Position numbers and translations under genes: made by a program. A DNA stretch of 51,712 nt from a virus (lineage: Duplodnaviria > Caudoviricetes). Of this stretch, positions 34,084 to 44,277 are shown piece after piece. Below the pieces are notes generated by a model. The model was not told where the DNA came from. It made no database searches and saw nothing but the letters and a program-made list of their open reading frames with translations. Positions within the stretch are counted from its first letter, which is position 1. Each line of letters begins with the position of its first letter. Location of the stretch: the IMG/VR virus record IMGVR_UViG_3300012944_000010, positions 1-51,712 of that record; one strand, 5' to 3'.

Positions 34084-36498
34084 TTATACCACCTGATTTA
34101 TCTGATCTAATATGGACCAACCCATTAGATCGAAGGGTTTTCCTTGAACGGATGATATTTTTATTTGAACTGCCATACCTCTACCTCTAAGTCTTATCTT
34201 ACGATATAGACTGTTAGGACCCATAGTCACTACTTGCCTGGTGGATTGTTTGCCTGATGCAGTACCTCCTGCATAATCCCAAATTGCTTGTATTGTACAT
34301 TCACTACCTAAAGGATTTCTAGAGAACATATAGACATAAGGGATCTGTGTCTTACGTAAAGCTTGACCTTCTAGCAAATATCCAGTTAAAAAGAAACTTA
34401 TATAATTATAACCTATATTGTTTTCAGATACAAAATCTAAGAAATTAGTAAAGTCATTCTCTTCAGAGAATGTATAATTAGAACCTACGGCTGTTATGTA
34501 TTTAAGTACTGGACCTGGAGCCCCACTTCCTCCTGGGTTCTGTATATATTTAATATCAGTAATAATACTTAGACTGTTAGTAGGCAATGTAAATGGGTAG
34601 AATGCTTTAGTAACTGTATTATAATTTATAATAGTGTCATAAGTATAACGGTTACCTATTCCAGTTTCATTTGTACTTCTAAAACACCATTGAATTATAT
34701 AATCTAATTGATGATAATCTCCTCTAGCATAAGGTTTACTTATTAGAGGAATGTTAGCATAATAAGTTAGAATGGTTCCTAAACATATATTGTGTACATC
34801 TAATTGAATATCAGGACTATGAGCTGAACCAGGTTGTGAAGATGGAATGACTTCGTATATACCTTCTTGATTCCAGAAGAACGGGTATCCTTGAACTTCA
34901 ATGAATGAAGAACCAGAAATAGATTGAATACTAGATATTTTAGTTACTGTGAAATCACTTGCAATGAAACCAAGTCCAGAAGAACCACTTATGAACCATA
35001 TACCATTAGCAGCAAAGACAAGTAAACCAAATCTTAAAGCGAAGAGTTTGTAGATAGCTCCACAACCAGGGATAGTTAATACCCCACCATCAGTAGGCAA
35101 TATGGCAAATAAAGTTTGAGATGTAGAATCGTTAGTTTGATAACATCTCCCAAAATTAATAGGACTCTCTACTATCTGGGAGAAATAAATATTCTCAGTC
35201 CAAGTAACATTAGGAGCATCTCCAACAGCTGAATCAAAAGCATTAATACCTGAATACCAAACTCTCCCTTGATAGAAAGCTCCTGTGCTAGGTCTGGATA
35301 CAGTTGATACAGATGTTAAATTAGGAATACTAGATATTAGAGATCTGTCTTGATTGAAGACACTTAATACGAAAGAACCTTTAGGAGCTGGAGACTGTAA
35401 TGATTGAACATTAGCAAATGTTGTTAAAGGTGAAAAAACATTAGTAGGATCTTTATAGAGCCACCAGATATCTGAATTAGATGGATAGTTTCCAACTGCA
35501 CTGAACCAAGTATTGATAAATCCTACATTAATCAGAGACAAGTTAACACTAGCTGCGGTATCAAAGAAATTACCACCAGACCAATATCCTGTTTGATTTA
35601 GAGTGTGGTTATTATTACTATTAATACCAATGGTTATAGAAGTGAAAGGAGTCACATAATTCGTAACAATACCTGTTAAAGTTACAGGTCCTGTTAAATT
35701 ATTATTATTAGCTCCAGTCCTTGCACAAGGATTAAGAACTAATTGAACACTACTTCCATTCGTTACTGCTGTAGTATTAGATTGAGAAGATATAGTTAAA
35801 ACCAGAGAAGTAGGACCTGTATTCTGATCATTCAAAGGAATCTGTCCATGATAACTAGAAGTACCTGTCCAACCTGATCCTTGAGTCCATCCTTGATTAA
35901 TTAAATTATATTTGTGTTCATTATTTAATACATTAGGTCTAAAGTTATCTGCTACTCCAGGTTCAGGAATTCCTACAAAATCTCTCATCTGCAAAGTTAT
36001 TACACTTGCAGTAACAAGGTTATTATTGAAGATACAATAGAAAGGATCACAATTAGGATGAAAAATAAATAAGTATCCATTTCCTATTGCATACTGACAT
36101 TCTTGCTGAGACGGATCAGCTGTATTGCCTGTAGCTAAGAATGCAGAAAAATTGACTACAGAAGAGAGTAAAGTTGTAGAAAGAGGATTAGCTGAAGTTG
36201 CAGCACTAGATTTCCAGAAATATAGATTAGATCCAATCTGTTGTACTAATATTTGACTGGTACCATCTCCACCAGCATTTAACCATCTAAAAGAAGATCT
36301 AGCTATATTAGCAGCATTTATAGGAACGTCTATATTGTTATTCTCATAATCAATACCGCCTCTACGTTGTACATCTCCAATTAAAGTATAGACACAATTA
36401 GCAGTATCTGTAGCTGCATTCGGTGGAAAATTCAATCCAGTGAATTCAGTCTTAAGACCTTCTTTAAAATTGTTCTGTACTGTTTGACCTTGAGGCAT
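34084..36498 (-). CDS. Tail nozzle / tail tubular protein B
   Basis: NNFKEGL, QRRGG, FYQGRVWY, IYFSQ, RLRGRG; 804 aa. Confidence 0.85.
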   Translation of the reverse strand: MPQGQTVQNNFKEGLKTEFTGLNFPPNAATDTANCVYTLIGDVQRRGGIDYENNNIDVPINAANIARSSFRWLNAGGDGTSQILVQQIGSNLYFWKSSAATSANPLSTTLLSSVVNFSAFLATGNTADPSQQECQYAIGNGYLFIFHPNCDPFYCIFNNNLVTASVITLQMRDFVGIPEPGVADNFRPNVLNNEHKYNLINQGWTQGSGWTGTSSYHGQIPLNDQNTGPTSLVLTISSQSNTTAVTNGSSVQLVLNPCARTGANNNNLTGPVTLTGIVTNYVTPFTSITIGINSNNNHTLNQTGYWSGGNFFDTAASVNLSLINVGFINTWFSAVGNYPSNSDIWWLYKDPTNVFSPLTTFANVQSLQSPAPKGSFVLSVFNQDRSLISSIPNLTSVSTVSRPSTGAFYQGRVWYSGINAFDSAVGDAPNVTWTENIYFSQIVESPINFGRCYQTNDSTSQTLFAILPTDGGVLTIPGCGAIYKLFALRFGLLVFAANGIWFISGSSGLGFIASDFTVTKISSIQSISGSSFIEVQGYPFFWNQEGIYEVIPSSQPGSAHSPDIQLDVHNICLGTILTYYANIPLISKPYARGDYHQLDYIIQWCFRSTNETGIGNRYTYDTIINYNTVTKAFYPFTLPTNSLSIITDIKYIQNPGGSGAPGPVLKYITAVGSNYTFSEENDFTNFLDFVSENNIGYNYISFFLTGYLLEGQALRKTQIPYVYMFSRNPLGSECTIQAIWDYAGGTASGKQSTRQVVTMGPNSLYRKIRLRGRGMAVQIKISSVQGKPFDLMGWSILDQINQVV

Positions 36499-36806
36499 TA
36501 GGCTTCTTTAACTTCTACATTTCTCTTTGAATAATAATCTTCAACAGCTTTACGTAATGTACTAAACTTAGTCCACTTCTGTCTTAAAGCCATAGGTATT
36601 TCACCTTTATCCATATAGCAATGCCAGAGATGTCCTTCTGTTTTAGCATGCATTTTATTATCACCTGTGAATAACTTCTTAGCAGGTAAACCAGCAGTAT
36701 CCTTAGCTACTGTTCCTTCTATAGGAGATAGCAGTAAGACCCTATCTGAAGAAGGGGCCTCTAAGTTTTCCTGCCAATGTATTTTAGCGAATGGCGTTCC
36801 TACCAT
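36498..36806 (-). CDS. Hypothetical protein, 102 aa
   Basis: AAGGT SD, TAATG coupling. Confidence 0.7.
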   Translation of the reverse strand: MVGTPFAKIHWQENLEAPSSDRVLLLSPIEGTVAKDTAGLPAKKLFTGDNKMHAKTEGHLWHCYMDKGEIPMALRQKWTKFSTLRKAVEDYYSKRNVEVKEA

Positions 36807-36861
36807 TGTTTTACCTTTCTATTATTTAACTGAAAACAATGGGCATGTTGCTTCGCAACAT

Positions 36862-38004
36862 TTACCATGGAGATGCTCCTGATCTAGTCCAACGTGTTCC
36901 ATATCTATAGTTAAGCCAAGGCCCTATTGCGAATCTACCATAGTTTGGTAGTTGATCAAAATAAGATGGTTTATTGTCTATCGACTTCATCTTCTGCGTA
37001 ACCGCCCACTGACGTTTCAATTCTCTATCGGCAAGAGAGTGTGGCATTTGCTTTAATTCAAAGAATGCAAGAGCCTTGGACTCATTGAGTAATAGAGGAA
37101 ATGATTGATCATTAAGTGCAGGAACAAAGTTATCTTGTAACTTAAACGGAGGAACTATCTGTCCTTTAACTAGAGTTTTAGATGCTTGTAAAGTATCATC
37201 CTGTGTTCGGTCGTAAGTATCAAACAACACAAAGAAATTACTAATCACAGTGCCATAACTAGGCTGTCTATCAGTCATATATCTGAAGATAAAGTGATTG
37301 CCTCCTTGAGTGAAGTTATAACTCTGAACATTAGGCTGAGTAATATCAAACTTATTCACCATATCCAGGAATTCATCATTGGCTAACAAAGTAACATAAC
37401 GATAACCAGGTGGAGTATTAGGAGTTTGAACGCTAGTAATAGTCCAGAAAGCAAACGTACCTTGACCTGTGGTCTGAGTAACGTTAATATTTAACGTTGT
37501 ACCTGAATAAGTTGTAACGGTTCCAAACATTGTATTTGCACCGTTGGTTGCTTGCGCAGTTTGTCCCACAGTAATCGGAAGCGTGGAAGAGCCCACCGTA
37601 AAGGTGCGACTGCCAAGTCCAACAATATTGCTAGTAGAAGAAGTGGTAGTCCAATTAATAGTAGAAGCGAGATCAAGATTGAGGTCATGACTATACGCTC
37701 CAAATTGAGACTTTTGGAAGGTTGAGTCCAATGGATTGGTATCGTAATACTGCATCCACGAGATCCTCGACACACCTGCCGGCAAGAACATCTGTGTTGG
37801 TAATAATGCATTGTCTGATGGATTTAATTGAAAGATCTGTTCATCTAATTGTAAATCACCTCTAGCTACAATATCATAATATTTATTCTGTACAATCTGT
37901 GCAACCTGCATACTTTCCACTGTATCTGAAATAGAGTTAACTTCATCAGAAGACATAGCAGATAGAATATTCTGCACAATGTTAAGTAGAGTTTGAGTGG
38001 CCAT
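36862..38004 (-). CDS. Tail adaptor / tail tubular protein A
   Basis: TLLNIVQNILSAMSSDEVNSISDT.ES.QVA N-terminus; PNYGR C-terminus. Confidence 0.85.
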   Translation of the reverse strand: MATQTLLNIVQNILSAMSSDEVNSISDTVESMQVAQIVQNKYYDIVARGDLQLDEQIFQLNPSDNALLPTQMFLPAGVSRISWMQYYDTNPLDSTFQKSQFGAYSHDLNLDLASTINWTTTSSTSNIVGLGSRTFTVGSSTLPITVGQTAQATNGANTMFGTVTTYSGTTLNINVTQTTGQGTFAFWTITSVQTPNTPPGYRYVTLLANDEFLDMVNKFDITQPNVQSYNFTQGGNHFIFRYMTDRQPSYGTVISNFFVLFDTYDRTQDDTLQASKTLVKGQIVPPFKLQDNFVPALNDQSFPLLLNESKALAFFELKQMPHSLADRELKRQWAVTQKMKSIDNKPSYFDQLPNYGRFAIGPWLNYRYGTRWTRSGASPW

Positions 38005-38395
38005 TCTTCATAAATTCTTTAGCTGTTCCAACGATTGTATTATGTAAGAAATAGAAACCAATAGTAACCATAATTACATTCCACAATTCTGGACTTAGAG
38101 TTGTACTTGCATCATACCAAGCTAAACCTTTATCCCAAATAAATACTTTAGCTAAAACAAATGCAGGACCTGCTGCAAGAATAGTACGCATAGTAAGATC
38201 TAAATTACTATGTGTGCTATCTGCAATTAAGACATCACGTTGAGATTCAAGAGTTTTAATCCTCTCTTCAATCTCAACCTTCTCTTGATCGGTAGTGGCA
38301 TTAATATGAGCTATTCTCTCATTGGAGATAGCTGTAGTAATGCCGTTAACCGTACTCAATAAGCCAGGGATAAGGCTTAATAGTAGACTCCACAT
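37982..38395 (-). CDS. Holin-like membrane protein (3TM type)
   Basis: Hydrophobic segments, LWNVIMVTIGFYF; near the endolysin. Confidence 0.65.
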   Translation of the reverse strand: MWSLLLSLIPGLLSTVNGITTAISNERIAHINATTDQEKVEIEERIKTLESQRDVLIADSTHSNLDLTMRTILAAGPAFVLAKVFIWDKGLAWYDASTTLSPELWNVIMVTIGFYFLHNTIVGTAKEFMKNGHSNST

Positions 38396-38586
38396 TAGGG
38401 TAATTTAGCTTGCAATGCAGCCACGTTAGCTTTCAACACATTGACATCAGCAGTCACCGTAGTAGGAAGACTCGACACAGCAGCAACAGCTGCTTTAAAG
38501 CCATGATGTCCAACATACCAACCAACAAGAGTCGCTAAGATGTGAGAGCCACCAAGGCCGAGCATAAGAAATTCAGTTCCAGTCAT
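38395..38586 (-). CDS. Small membrane protein of the lysis cassette
   Basis: TM helix plus short coiled coil; AAGGA SD. Confidence 0.55.
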   Translation of the reverse strand: MTGTEFLMLGLGGSHILATLVGWYVGHHGFKAAVAAVSSLPTTVTADVNVLKANVAALQAKLP

Positions 38587-38588
38587 AT

Positions 38589-39170
38589 TTAATTCCTTTT
38601 AAATAGTTTTGAGATTAAGTTTATAGACGAATCGACAATAATATTCCAGGATGTCGGTACTGGTTGTGATGTAGTAGAAGCAGAAGTAATAGGTTTTAAG
38701 AATAGAGTACGTTCTGCTTGTCTACGTCTAACTAGACCAGCTACAACATGAGCTACACCATGAATAGTCTGTTTATCATAAAGTAAAAGTCTATCTGCAG
38801 CAGTATCATAATCTTTCTCATTTAGAACAGTTAAGATAGAAGAGTGTCCTAATGCACCTGTATTGTATTGAAACGATATCAAAGCATCATATTGATTTTG
38901 GTTTAGCGGGGCCTTAACCAAAGACTCCACCTGACTTTCGACCTTATGTAGATCATTCGACAACGTTTCATCAGCTTGCGTCTGTGTAAATACATCCCCA
39001 ATATTAATATGGGGAGGCCCAGCAGCATTAGTGTGCCCATAACCGATAGTAAGCGTTCCATGAACTGTGTCTCCTGAATGTACTATATGATCGTTATAAT
39101 CATCATACGATTGAAGGATTAAACCTTCAAAAGATTCAATTAGATTCCGACCGTTTTGACTTGTTTTCAT
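38589..39170 (-). CDS. Endolysin, GH24 lysozyme
   Basis: IESFEG, YDD, TIGYGHT, QNQYDALISFQYNTG, GLVRRRQAE. Confidence 0.93.
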   Translation of the reverse strand: MKTSQNGRNLIESFEGLILQSYDDYNDHIVHSGDTVHGTLTIGYGHTNAAGPPHINIGDVFTQTQADETLSNDLHKVESQVESLVKAPLNQNQYDALISFQYNTGALGHSSILTVLNEKDYDTAADRLLLYDKQTIHGVAHVVAGLVRRRQAERTLFLKPITSASTTSQPVPTSWNIIVDSSINLISKLFKRN

Positions 39171-39312
39171 CATCTAAACCTTGAAGAACATAACATGCAT
39201 CTATTTCCTTATTAGCTTCTTCTAATTCTTTTTGAAGCTTTTCAATCTGAACTTGAAGAGCAGCGACGGTGAATGCATATTCACCAAGCAAAGCTTTGAC
39301 TTTCTGTTCCAT
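39136..39312 (-). CDS. Small coiled-coil protein, possible tail-fibre chaperone (not in the track)
   Basis: MEQKVKALLGEYAFTVAALQVQIEKLQKELEE...; TAATG-coupled to the fibre gene. Confidence 0.55.
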   Translation of the reverse strand: MEQKVKALLGEYAFTVAALQVQIEKLQKELEEANKEIDACYVLQGLDDENKSKRSESN

Positions 39313-40847
39313 TATGCAGCACTCGTAAAGTTAGTCCAAGTAGTAGAGCCAGTTGTATTAACATACAATCTAGTTGAAGTAGAAGAACCTGTAGTATTAA
39401 GATAAATAGATCCTTGAGCAGCAGTTATAGTAGGAGCACCTGCACCAAAGTAAATACCAAAATTTGAACCACTTCCATATAAATAAGCATTGGTTGAGTC
39501 TCCCCCAGCAACTGGAGCTGTAGTACTACCGACTTTAGATTTACCTGCAGTAATTAGATTACCACTAGCATCAATAGTAAGATTACCAGCACCTAATTGA
39601 AGAGTACCGCCAGTTGAAGAACAACTTAGGGTAGATGAACCACTGGTAAGACCTGCAAGACTTAAAGTACCTGCTGTAGCACCAATAACTCCGACTTGAA
39701 CAGGCTGAGTAACAGTTAATAGATTTGATGTAGCACTAGTTTGTAATTGAATATTACCACTGGTTGTTCCCGATAATTGAACAATACCACTAGCTATACC
39801 TGCACCACCTGAAATAATTAGTCCTGTAGCTCCTACTGAGAATCCATTAGCTAGGAATGAACCTGTACTAAACGTAGTAGCAGTAAAATCAATACCACTT
39901 ACAACTGTAGCACCACCTACTGTTTTAATAAGTGTACCTGCAGTTTTTACAGGGAATTGATTAGTAGTATCCCCAAATTGAATGCCATTTTTCCATCCAA
40001 CAGAACCTGCTTGATTAGCTAGAAAAAGACCTGCATCACTCCTGGAACCTGAAACAGCATCATTATTTAATTGAACAATAGCCCAACCATATTTGTCTAA
40101 TACTGTAGATCCTGCAACTAACGACGTATTAACTTCCCCTCCTGCAGCACCAGCCATATTAGTAGCAGCAGCATTTAGTATTGCTATTGGGTTTATACCA
40201 AATATAGTACCCTTTTCAGATCCAACACCACCTCCATCACTGGAGACAGCCTGAGAAACAAACGAAGCACCTACATAGTTTCTATTAGTATTAGTTGCTG
40301 AAGTTGCGCTAGTAAGTTGAGTTGTTACTGTTAAACCTTGTCTAGCTCCTTTTGTAGAAGAACCTCCAAAGCCTAAGTAAATATTAAAAGCATTAGCTAC
40401 ATTACCTACACCACTAGCATCTAAATTATCTGTGCCAATTGCAAAAGAATTAAAGTTGTTAGTTACGGTAAAACCAGCAGGATTTGTAATAGTTCCTACT
40501 ACACCTGCATTAAAGTTTTGTACTGCAGACCAAGTATTAGCTCCATCTAAGAATGGGACTGCATGGCCAGATGTACCGGTTGTAGCATTAGTAACTGTTA
40601 GAGAACCAGGACTAACCACATCTATTAATCTAGCTGGAGAATTAGCTGTAGATGGAAAGGGTAGATTTATAATTTGATTGTTATTCATATCCAGAGTAGA
40701 GGTCATCTGATTAGGACTAACTCCACTTCTAGATAAAACATCAGTGAAAGCAGTAGAAATGGCTGTGAAATTATTATTCACAGTATTAGCTGCTGTAGTG
40801 TCATTAACAAATGTAGTGACAGGATTAGGTGTATAATTTTCAGCCAT
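39312..40847 (-). CDS. Tail fibre/spike
   Basis: N-terminal anchor NNNF...LSRSG.SPNQM...LDMNNNQIINLP; G/S/T-rich body; GAGAP...GSIYLN..G C-terminus. Confidence 0.85.
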   Translation of the reverse strand: MAENYTPNPVTTFVNDTTAANTVNNNFTAISTAFTDVLSRSGVSPNQMTSTLDMNNNQIINLPFPSTANSPARLIDVVSPGSLTVTNATTGTSGHAVPFLDGANTWSAVQNFNAGVVGTITNPAGFTVTNNFNSFAIGTDNLDASGVGNVANAFNIYLGFGGSSTKGARQGLTVTTQLTSATSATNTNRNYVGASFVSQAVSSDGGGVGSEKGTIFGINPIAILNAAATNMAGAAGGEVNTSLVAGSTVLDKYGWAIVQLNNDAVSGSRSDAGLFLANQAGSVGWKNGIQFGDTTNQFPVKTAGTLIKTVGGATVVSGIDFTATTFSTGSFLANGFSVGATGLIISGGAGIASGIVQLSGTTSGNIQLQTSATSNLLTVTQPVQVGVIGATAGTLSLAGLTSGSSTLSCSSTGGTLQLGAGNLTIDASGNLITAGKSKVGSTTAPVAGGDSTNAYLYGSGSNFGIYFGAGAPTITAAQGSIYLNTTGSSTSTRLYVNTTGSTTWTNFTSAA

Positions 40848-40861
40848 AAATTACTTTCTGA

Positions 40862-41350
40862 TTAAAGATAAACGATGTAAGCCGGAGTCGTAACATTCGT
40901 AATACGAATATTCAGAGTCCTGGACGTGTTAGTAGGCATAGCCCCACTTCCATTAGCATCTAAAGCTCCACCTGATCCAGCTATGATTGTAAGTGTAGCC
41001 GATCCTGTATTAGCGACAAAACATTGCATAATGTCACCGACTGCAATACCACCACTATTAGCATTCATATAATTGACGATATTAGTAGCTGTATCTAATG
41101 TACCATTCGCAGCACCAGCATTAGCATGAATTATGATACCTCCGCCTAGCTGTGCAGCTGTATAAGTTTGACTGCCTGAAGCAAAACTAGTGGGAACACC
41201 AGTTCCAGCCATCCACAGAGTACCAAATGAACCAGTTCCACCTAATGAAGTAGCACCAGGAGTACCAGGAACGTAGGCACGTGTACGCTGATTTGAAACG
41301 ACTTCGTCCTGGCCGCGATCGTCGTTAATGTATTGTGTATTAATTGCCAT
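40862..41350 (-). CDS. Virion decoration / minor structural protein
   Basis: G/A/T-rich beta protein downstream of the capsid genes. Confidence 0.6.
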   Translation of the reverse strand: MAINTQYINDDRGQDEVVSNQRTRAYVPGTPGATSLGGTGSFGTLWMAGTGVPTSFASGSQTYTAAQLGGGIIIHANAGAANGTLDTATNIVNYMNANSGGIAVGDIMQCFVANTGSATLTIIAGSGGALDANGSGAMPTNTSRTLNIRITNVTTPAYIVYL

Positions 41351-41376
41351 TTGTTTTCCATTTTTGTTTTAGTATT

Positions 41377-41391
41377 GGGGGCCGAAGCCCC
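41377..41391 (-). terminator. UUCG hairpin after the capsid cassette (stabiliser or attenuator)
   Basis: GGGGC-TTCG-GCCCC on the minus strand; no U-tract. Confidence 0.45.
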
Positions 41392-41400
41392 CGTTACTAA

Positions 41401-42120
41401 TTAGACATTGATATTACCGTAGAGGGTATATCGAACACGAACTTTGATAAGTCCGTTTGTGTATGTGCCACTAGCAATTGCGCTAAGCCACGCTGCTGTT
41501 GGCAGCGGAGTAAGAGCATTTGTCACCAAAGGCATGTTAATTCCAACCCAGTCACCACCACCAGCAACAAGTGTGCCGGGAGCGCTGCCCCAGTTGAAAC
41601 CAGATGTACCTGGTCTAGTGTACGTGACTCGGGCTCCCACAGGAGTCTGCTGCGCAATAAGCTGTGCATTCAGAATATGTGTGTTAGGACCGTTGGGAGT
41701 AACCGCAACAAACGAGGAACTCGGGCTACCTGGAGAGGTAGTCACGAGACCGATTGAAAGGCTAGTTCCACCCGTAGCCGCAATCAACACTTCAGTGGTG
41801 ACTTCTTCGATGAACATCTGCGTAGCAGTGAACGTAATCGTAGTGCCACCCGTATTAACTGCAGTTTGCTGCAACGGGATCAACGTAGTTAAAGATTGGA
41901 TACCAGCTGCGATTGGCGAGCCAGTACCAGAAAATGAAGTAGGTGCCGCCGGGATCGCAATGCTACCAGTGCCAAACTGAGTCGGAACTAATGCAACATA
42001 CGTCTCGATTTCGCGAGTATCTCCATAAATGAGAAAATCACCACCAACTTCGGGGATTGCCTTCTGAGTACCATACTGTAAAGGAAGCCCGTCTTGATTG
42101 TACCAAAAGCCTTGTACCAT
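41401..42120 (-). CDS. Capsid decoration/cement protein
   Basis: WYNQDGL...YG N-terminus and GLIKVRVRY C-terminus; GGAGGA SD directly after the capsid gene. Confidence 0.65.
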   Translation of the reverse strand: MVQGFWYNQDGLPLQYGTQKAIPEVGGDFLIYGDTREIETYVALVPTQFGTGSIAIPAAPTSFSGTGSPIAAGIQSLTTLIPLQQTAVNTGGTTITFTATQMFIEEVTTEVLIAATGGTSLSIGLVTTSPGSPSSSFVAVTPNGPNTHILNAQLIAQQTPVGARVTYTRPGTSGFNWGSAPGTLVAGGGDWVGINMPLVTNALTPLPTAAWLSAIASGTYTNGLIKVRVRYTLYGNINV

Positions 42121-42135
42121 GATATTAGTCCTCCA

Positions 42136-43128
42136 TTAGCTCGGAACAACAGTTATGTTCGTTAAGATGGTGACCAAATTTTCAGGTCGATAAAGCTTGA
42201 AACCCCATTCCGAAATGGTCAGATATTCCTCTTGCTGTAAATCCTTATTGAATTCAGAATAGACAGTAGGCATCTGACGGAACGCTCCAACCCATGGCAA
42301 CGTATCGCCAGGAGTAGCCGAGAAGAAGTAGTTAGCAACACCAATGTTGCCGGCACCTGAAGCGGTACCAACACTGCCAGCGACGCCGCCGGTAGTGATC
42401 GTCTCGGTTGTAATCTGAGGCAGATAATTCGACTCGTAAACGTCGAAGCCAAAGATATTGAAGCGGAACTTGAAACCAGAAACGAGGCCTTCCAACGGAA
42501 GCTCCTGCCAACGAACGGCGGGAGTTAACAGGTTGACAACGTTAGCCTGAGTCTCAAGAGAATAGGCAACGGACGGATCGACAATGGCACAAAGATTGTT
42601 CAGTGGAACGTTAGCCTTGGTTAAGGCATATCGTGCACGAGCAAAGTCTGGGAAAGTAATACCAGAACCAGGACCAGTCGCAACGAAGCGGTGATCTGCT
42701 GTATTGATGATATTTGCATTACTTGCCGTCTGTCCGGAGTTAGCTTTAGCGAGAATATTAGTCTCGACAGCCTCCATAAGAGCACGATGTTGACGAGGCA
42801 CAAAGGCCGCGATCACATCTGCGCTATAGTAGCTATCTCGCTTGAACTTCTCCGAGATTGCATTTGCAGAGTACTTATAGTTATCAAACTGGAACTGAAA
42901 GTTACCAGTGTCCATACTATTATACTTGATTGCCTGACCTTCTGTGAAGTCGGCAGTCTCTGCCTCGCCAATCGAGGGGATGTTAAGCGTAAACCCATCT
43001 GGGAAATCGCTAATCATACGGACGAACTTCATGGCAACCAGGTCATCTAATAAGAGCTGTTTGATCTGATTAGACCAAATCTGAGTTCTAATTAGATTAG
43101 GGGTATTGGCTACATTAAAGCCAGCCAT
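42136..43128 (-). CDS. Major capsid protein
   Basis: LIRTQIWSNQI, FPDG.TLNIPSIG, IFGFDVYESN, WGFKLYRPENLV; follows the scaffold; strong SD and codon bias. Confidence 0.92.
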   Translation of the reverse strand: MAGFNVANTPNLIRTQIWSNQIKQLLLDDLVAMKFVRMISDFPDGFTLNIPSIGEAETADFTEGQAIKYNSMDTGNFQFQFDNYKYSANAISEKFKRDSYYSADVIAAFVPRQHRALMEAVETNILAKANSGQTASNANIINTADHRFVATGPGSGITFPDFARARYALTKANVPLNNLCAIVDPSVAYSLETQANVVNLLTPAVRWQELPLEGLVSGFKFRFNIFGFDVYESNYLPQITTETITTGGVAGSVGTASGAGNIGVANYFFSATPGDTLPWVGAFRQMPTVYSEFNKDLQQEEYLTISEWGFKLYRPENLVTILTNITVVPS

Positions 43129-43147
43129 TTAATTCTCCTAAAATAAT

Positions 43148-43930
43148 TTATCGTGTACCACCAGCATATACATCAAAACCAGCATCATTAAACGATTCGC
43201 CTAATTCCATGCGGTCTTGTAACATCTGGACCTGTGTTTTACTATCCAGATAGGCATTCTTATTTGTCTTACGTAAATTCTCATACCAAGCCCAGGTACG
43301 CTTTTCAGGGGGTAATGGCATAGGATTCTGAGGATTCTGCGTTTGGTTGCGTGGAGGTGCCTGAAACTGCTGCTGAGGTGCTCGGGGTTGGTCTATCCCT
43401 AACATCTTCAGGAAAGTAATTGGTTTCCTGCGTGCCAAATCGTCTGCTTCCTCTCTAGTCAAATCTAATTGTTCTATCTGTTGTTTGTACGTATCGGAGT
43501 AATTAGCACCAAAACGTTCAACGAGTTTGTTTCTAACAGTATCTAAATTCTGATTGTACGTTTGAGTCAATCGTTCGGTCTTGAACTTGCTCTCAATCAA
43601 AGATTCGATCTGTTTGTAGTCTATAGGCTTGTCTCCTTGAACGATGGGTATTTGTTCTTTAGGAGGCTGTTGGCGATTTCCTTGTATTTGGTCTAACAAG
43701 TCTTCTAACTTTGCCTTTGCTATATTTTCATCCCTAGCTCTGGAATAGTCTTCACGAAGTTTAGCATTTTCTGCTTCTACCTGTTTAATATGTGCATCTT
43801 GGAAGATTTTAGCTCGCGCTACTGCCTCTGGAGAGTCATAGCGTTTACCTTCTCCCACGAGCTCATTAAGGTAGCTCCGAGTAAGATCCAGGTTCTGGGG
43901 GTCCTGTGATGATTGGTTTGTTGGGGTCAT
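43148..43930 (-). CDS. Capsid scaffolding protein
   Basis: LVGEGKRY, DAHIKQVEAEN coiled coil; directly upstream of the capsid gene; start uncertain. Confidence 0.8.
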   Translation of the reverse strand: MTPTNQSSQDPQNLDLTRSYLNELVGEGKRYDSPEAVARAKIFQDAHIKQVEAENAKLREDYSRARDENIAKAKLEDLLDQIQGNRQQPPKEQIPIVQGDKPIDYKQIESLIESKFKTERLTQTYNQNLDTVRNKLVERFGANYSDTYKQQIEQLDLTREEADDLARRKPITFLKMLGIDQPRAPQQQFQAPPRNQTQNPQNPMPLPPEKRTWAWYENLRKTNKNAYLDSKTQVQMLQDRMELGESFNDAGFDVYAGGTR

Positions 43931-44213
43931 CAACGAGTCGGTCACTCTTTTCAATCACTTTCTGCTTGTCTAAATCAACAAGCGTTAATAAATTTGTTAA
44001 TGCTTTCTTATATCCATTGGTATGTGCTTGACGATAAGCCCAATTAAGATTATCGTAAGCTTTAAAGCTTATTTCAGCTTTACCAGTAGCTTCTAAATCT
44101 TGTTCTATTAACTGTTTAAGTCTATTAAGAACATGTTTAGATCTGTTAACGGATATTGCAAAGCTCTTCTTATCTTCATCAGTCTTGAGATGATTAGTCC
44201 AAGCTGTATACAT
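43866..44213 (-). CDS. Hypothetical protein between portal and scaffold
   Basis: YDNLNWAYRQAHTNGYKKAL motif; position. Confidence 0.7.
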   Translation of the reverse strand: MYTAWTNHLKTDEDKKSFAISVNRSKHVLNRLKQLIEQDLEATGKAEISFKAYDNLNWAYRQAHTNGYKKALTNLLTLVDLDKQKVIEKSDRLVDDPNKPIITGPPEPGSYSELP

Positions 44214-44277
44214 AAATTTACTTTACTCTTTTGGTTTAATTGAAATTTATGTTATGTTTGCTACGCAAACAATACAC

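Noticed and set aside
39312-40847. Diversity-generating retroelement acting on the tail fibre
   Set aside because: No reverse transcriptase and no template/variable repeat pair seen
41444-41980. 178-aa + strand ORF, and similar antisense ORFs at 3680..4102, 9043..9549 and 42691..43050
   Set aside because: Antisense shadows of strongly codon-biased real genes
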